21,468 nt of DNA. It comes from Chthoniobacteraceae bacterium. Lineage in GTDB: Bacteria > Verrucomicrobiota > Verrucomicrobiia > Chthoniobacterales > Chthoniobacteraceae. The notes under the pieces are model-generated. The model did no database searches. It worked only from the letters and a program-made list of their open reading frames with translations, and was not told where the DNA came from. Of this stretch, positions 18,867 to 21,468 are shown piece after piece; position 1 is the first letter of the stretch, and every line of letters begins with the position of its first letter. Position numbers and translations under genes: made by a program. The DNA lies in the NCBI GenBank assembly GCA_031409335.1, contig JANNWY010000007.1, positions 1 through 21,468 on the forward strand, read 5' to 3'.

Positions 18867-18968
18867 GCGCTGCGGAATCGGATTTCGAGCGCCTCTCGGT
18901 GGCAGCGATCTTCGTCTTCGCCGCTTCTGGCAAAGGAGTCCTGAACGAAACAAGAGAATGATCGCCGC

Positions 18969-18994
18969 GGAACGTCTGTGTGACAATGTGCATT
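18969..18994 (+). promoter_or_regulatory. Candidate ECF-sigma promoter GGAAC-N17-CATT upstream of DUF1328
   Basis: GGAAC at 18969-18973 and CATT at 18991-18994, similar to the general-stress ECF consensus GGAAC-N16/17-CRTT. Single short match. Confidence 0.3.
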
Positions 18995-19159
18995 CTTGGG
19001 TCGCGCGTCGGTCGGTTTGCAGTCACTCGCATGTCTGAGATCATGCACGGGCGCCTTGGGGAAAAGATTTTCCCGCGGCGATACACGCGGGCGAGTCGAG
19101 TGACGCGATTCAGTGGGTGAACCTTCACCGCAACCTTCAAACCGAAAGAACTCATCACC

Positions 19160-19327
19160 ATGTTATCCTGGGCCATCACCTTCCTCGTCATCGCACTCAT
19201 CGCCTTCGTCCTTGGCTTTACCAGCCTCGCCGGCACTGCCATCGGCTTCGCCAAAATCATCTTCGTCGTCTTCCTCATTCTGACCGTCATTTCATTCATC
19301 ATGGGACGGAGAGCCCCGCGCGGATAG
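19160..19327 (+). CDS. DUF1328/UPF0391 (YtjA-like) small membrane protein, 55 aa; absent from the ORF track
   Basis: [55 protein letters not shown], matching the ML-x-WA...ALIA...LGF...AKI family pattern. Confidence 0.92.
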   Translation: MLSWAITFLVIALIAFVLGFTSLAGTAIGFAKIIFVVFLILTVISFIMGRRAPRG

Positions 19328-19328
19328 G

Positions 19329-19991
19329 TCACGCGACGGGAAAAAGCAGGGTCGTGATGAGTTCCATCGTGTCTGGCGCGAAGCGCTGCTGCACGTCGCC
19401 GCCGCTAGCGGCGATCACTCGCTGCGCTTCCCACAGGCCGAGGCCGTAGTGGCCGTGGCGCACGGTCGCAAAAGGCGCGCGGCCCCAATTCGCGGTTTCG
19501 ACAGGCGCCTCCTTCGGCTCGCGCAGTTCGAAAACGATGTGCCGATCCTCCACGCGCGCGGTAGCAAACAGCGGTGCGCCGGTGCCGAAGGCTTGGGCGT
19601 TGGCGAGCAGTTCGCGGAAGACGTTCGCGAGCGCGGTTGCGTCCACGTTCACCTGCTCCGCAGCGAGTGTGTCGCTCCACTGCACCGTCGGCGCGGGATC
19701 GAGCGCGGCGAGTTGATCCTGCCAGATGAGGAAAAGTTCGCGCGCTTCGTAAAGCGCCCGCGTCGGTTGTGGGTCGGCGAACTTCCCGGCCAGCGCGCGC
19801 AAGTCCGCGGCGACCCGCCGGATCTGCGCACGCATCCGCGCGACACCTTCCGCGGCCTCGCCATCCGGGACGAGTTCCGCGAGCAGCGCGGCTTCGAGAT
19901 CGAGTCCGTTGAGATCGTTGCGCACGTCATGGGTGTGCTGGCGGATGAACTGCGCGAAGTGCGACCAAACCGGTTCGGATGCGAGAGGCAT
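19329..19991 (-). CDS. Stand-alone histidine-kinase-like protein (HisKA + degenerate HATPase), no sensor domain
   Basis: H-box HDVRNDLN, N-box RELLANA, F-box APFAT, G2 GHYGLGL; no DxGxG G1 box. Start ATG 19991 (MPLASEP). Confidence 0.75.
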   Translation of the reverse strand: MPLASEPVWSHFAQFIRQHTHDVRNDLNGLDLEAALLAELVPDGEAAEGVARMRAQIRRVAADLRALAGKFADPQPTRALYEARELFLIWQDQLAALDPAPTVQWSDTLAAEQVNVDATALANVFRELLANAQAFGTGAPLFATARVEDRHIVFELREPKEAPVETANWGRAPFATVRHGHYGLGLWEAQRVIAASGGDVQQRFAPDTMELITTLLFPVA

Positions 19992-20040
19992 GTTGCAGAA
20001 TACGCACATCCAGCGCGCCTGGCTGTGCCGATATCAAGGT

Positions 20041-20193
20041 ATGTTTACTATCCTGCTCGTCATCCTCATCCTGATGCTCGTTGGAGCCCTACCCACTTGG
20101 CCGCACAGCTCAAAATGGGGCTACGGCCCGAGCGGCGGTCTCGGCACGATCCTCGTCATCCTGCTCATTCTGTATTTGCTGAAGGTGATCTAG
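20041..20193 (+). CDS. DUF3309 small membrane protein, 50 aa
   Basis: MFTILLVILILMLVGALPTWPHSSKWGYGPSGGLGTILVILLILYLLKVI*, with the signature GALPxWPHSxxWGYxPSGGLG. Confidence 0.92.
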   Translation: MFTILLVILILMLVGALPTWPHSSKWGYGPSGGLGTILVILLILYLLKVI

Positions 20194-20198
20194 CGTCG

Positions 20199-20291
20199 CG
20201 TGTCGCGACACGAGTGTCCTGCATCGCGACACAAATGTCAGCCACCCGCGGCTCTTTACAGGGTAAATCGCGCGTGGCACGGCCAAGGCAA
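20199..20291 (+). promoter_or_regulatory. Candidate sigma-54 promoter with tandem upstream activator-like sites before the ECF sigma gene
   Basis: TGGCACGGCCAAGGCA (20275-20290, GG-N10-GC); direct repeats TCGCGACACGAGTGTC (20203-20218) and TCGCGACACAAATGTC (20224-20239); palindrome CGTGTCGCGACACG (20199-20212). Confidence 0.55.
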
Positions 20292-20302
20292 TGGTGATGG
20301 CC

Positions 20303-20938
20303 ATGCAATATGCCTTTGAAAATCACCTGCTCGAAACCCCTGCGTCCATCAGCACCGTCGGCGAACCGACCGATGAAGAACTCATGGCGCGCATCCAAAA
20401 CGGCGACGATCGCGCCATCGCCATCCTCTACCGTCGGCATACGGCGCTGCTGCGGACGCTCATCGGGCGAATCCTCAACGACACCTGCGATGTGGACGAT
20501 CAGCTTCAGGAGGTCTTCCTCCAAGTGTGGAAACAAGCCGGGCGCTATGACCCGGCGAAGGGCCGGGCGCTCGGCTGGATCGTGACGCTGGCCCGCCGCC
20601 GCGCGATCGACAAGGTGCGCAAAAAGCAGTCTTATTTCATGGCGCAAGAGCGCCTCCGCCTGGAGCCCGAGCCAGCACCGCACCATGGCGCCGACGAGGA
20701 AGCCGAGGCATCGGATACGGCGCAAATTTTCGCCCGCGTGATCGCCGCACTGCCCGCTGCGCAGCGCGACGCGTTGAATTTCACCTACTACCGCGGCCTC
20801 AGCCAGCGCGAGATCGCGACGAAGACGGGCATCCCGCTCGGCACGATCAAAACGCGGCTCGAACTCGCGCTCCGCAAGGTGCGCACCGCGATCGTCGCGC
20901 TGGGCGGCGCGGGCGAGTGGGCATACGCGCGGGCGTGA
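20303..20938 (+). CDS. ECF-family RNA polymerase sigma factor (SigK-like)
   Basis: TDEELMARIQNGDDRAIAILYRRH, LQEVFLQVW, WIVTLARRRAIDKVR, LPAAQR...YYRGLSQREIA...GIPLGTIKTRL. Start may be 20291, 20297 or 20303. Confidence 0.92.
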   Translation: MQYAFENHLLETPASISTVGEPTDEELMARIQNGDDRAIAILYRRHTALLRTLIGRILNDTCDVDDQLQEVFLQVWKQAGRYDPAKGRALGWIVTLARRRAIDKVRKKQSYFMAQERLRLEPEPAPHHGADEEAEASDTAQIFARVIAALPAAQRDALNFTYYRGLSQREIATKTGIPLGTIKTRLELALRKVRTAIVALGGAGEWAYARA

Positions 20939-20961
20939 GGCTGAACAAAACGCGCAACTGT

Positions 20962-21468
20962 ATGAAAAAAATGAAAGCGACCGTGTTTCACGGTGCAAAC
21001 AACATCCGTGTCGAGGAAGTGAATCGCCCTCACGCCGGAGTCGGCGAAGCAGTGATCCGCGTGACGTTGACCACGATTTGCGGCACCGACCTCCACATCC
21101 TGCGCGGGGAGTATCCGGTGAAGGCGGGCCTGGTCATCGGACATGAACCGGTGGGCGTCATTGAAGAGCTTGGGCCGGGGCTGACGGGATACGAGGTGGG
21201 CGACCGCGTGCTGGTCGGTGCCATCACCCCGTGCGGCCAGTGCCGCGGGTGCTTGTCCGGGCACCTCTCGCAATGTGGCCACGGCGGTGGTTACGAAGCT
21301 CTTGGTGGGTGGCGGTTTGGTAACACCATCAACGGCGCACAGGCGGAATATCTTCTCGTGCCGTCCGCTCAGGCGAACCTGGCGAAGATTCCCGACGGGG
21401 TGACGGACGAGCAAGCGGTCTTGCTGTCGGACATCGCTTCGACGGGGATCTCCGGTGCGGAGGCGGCA
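20962..21468 (+). CDS. Zinc-dependent (MDR) alcohol dehydrogenase, formaldehyde-dehydrogenase-like; truncated by the window end; absent from the ORF track
   Basis: MKKMKATVFHG...ICGTDLH...GHEPVG...CGQCRGC...C...GAQAEYLLVP...LLSDIASTG, with catalytic and structural Zn ligands; no stop before 21468. Confidence 0.92.
   Translation, partial: MKKMKATVFHGANNIRVEEVNRPHAGVGEAVIRVTLTTICGTDLHILRGEYPVKAGLVIGHEPVGVIEELGPGLTGYEVGDRVLVGAITPCGQCRGCLSGHLSQCGHGGGYEALGGWRFGNTINGAQAEYLLVPSAQANLAKIPDGVTDEQAVLLSDIASTGISGAEAA

Noticed and set aside
1..21468. CRISPR arrays, tRNA/rRNA genes, IS transposases, integrases
   Set aside because: None recognised by eye; repeats in 134-3538 are protein-level beta-strand repeats.

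Overview
Bacterial genomic window. PEP-CTERM proteins, STN-like secreted proteins and the fusion architectures suggest Verrucomicrobia, Chthoniobacter-like (inference). From left to right: a low-complexity C/G contig end; a large PEP-CTERM surface protein with autotransporter-associated beta-strand repeats and a candidate sigma-54 promoter; a UvrD/PcrA helicase; a single-ORF triple fusion of LMW phosphatase, RpiB and GlyA (SHMT); a large TerB-like/ABCG-type fused exporter; a second PEP-CTERM beta-helix protein; a small secreted STN-like protein gene; and a stress-type island (GT4 + GH130 pair, DUF1328 and DUF3309 small membrane proteins, a sensor-less atypical histidine kinase, an ECF sigma factor, a partial Zn-dependent dehydrogenase). 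The standout, invisible in the ORF track, is a 700-nt ORF-less group II intron (14163-14862) inside the STN-like gene. It has GUGCG...AC ends, DII-DVI readable by eye and only an N-terminal RT remnant in DIV. Its removal exactly restores the host reading frame (...ANLEIR|MNGEEILL...). All calls were made by eye from motifs; no database searches or folding programs were run.
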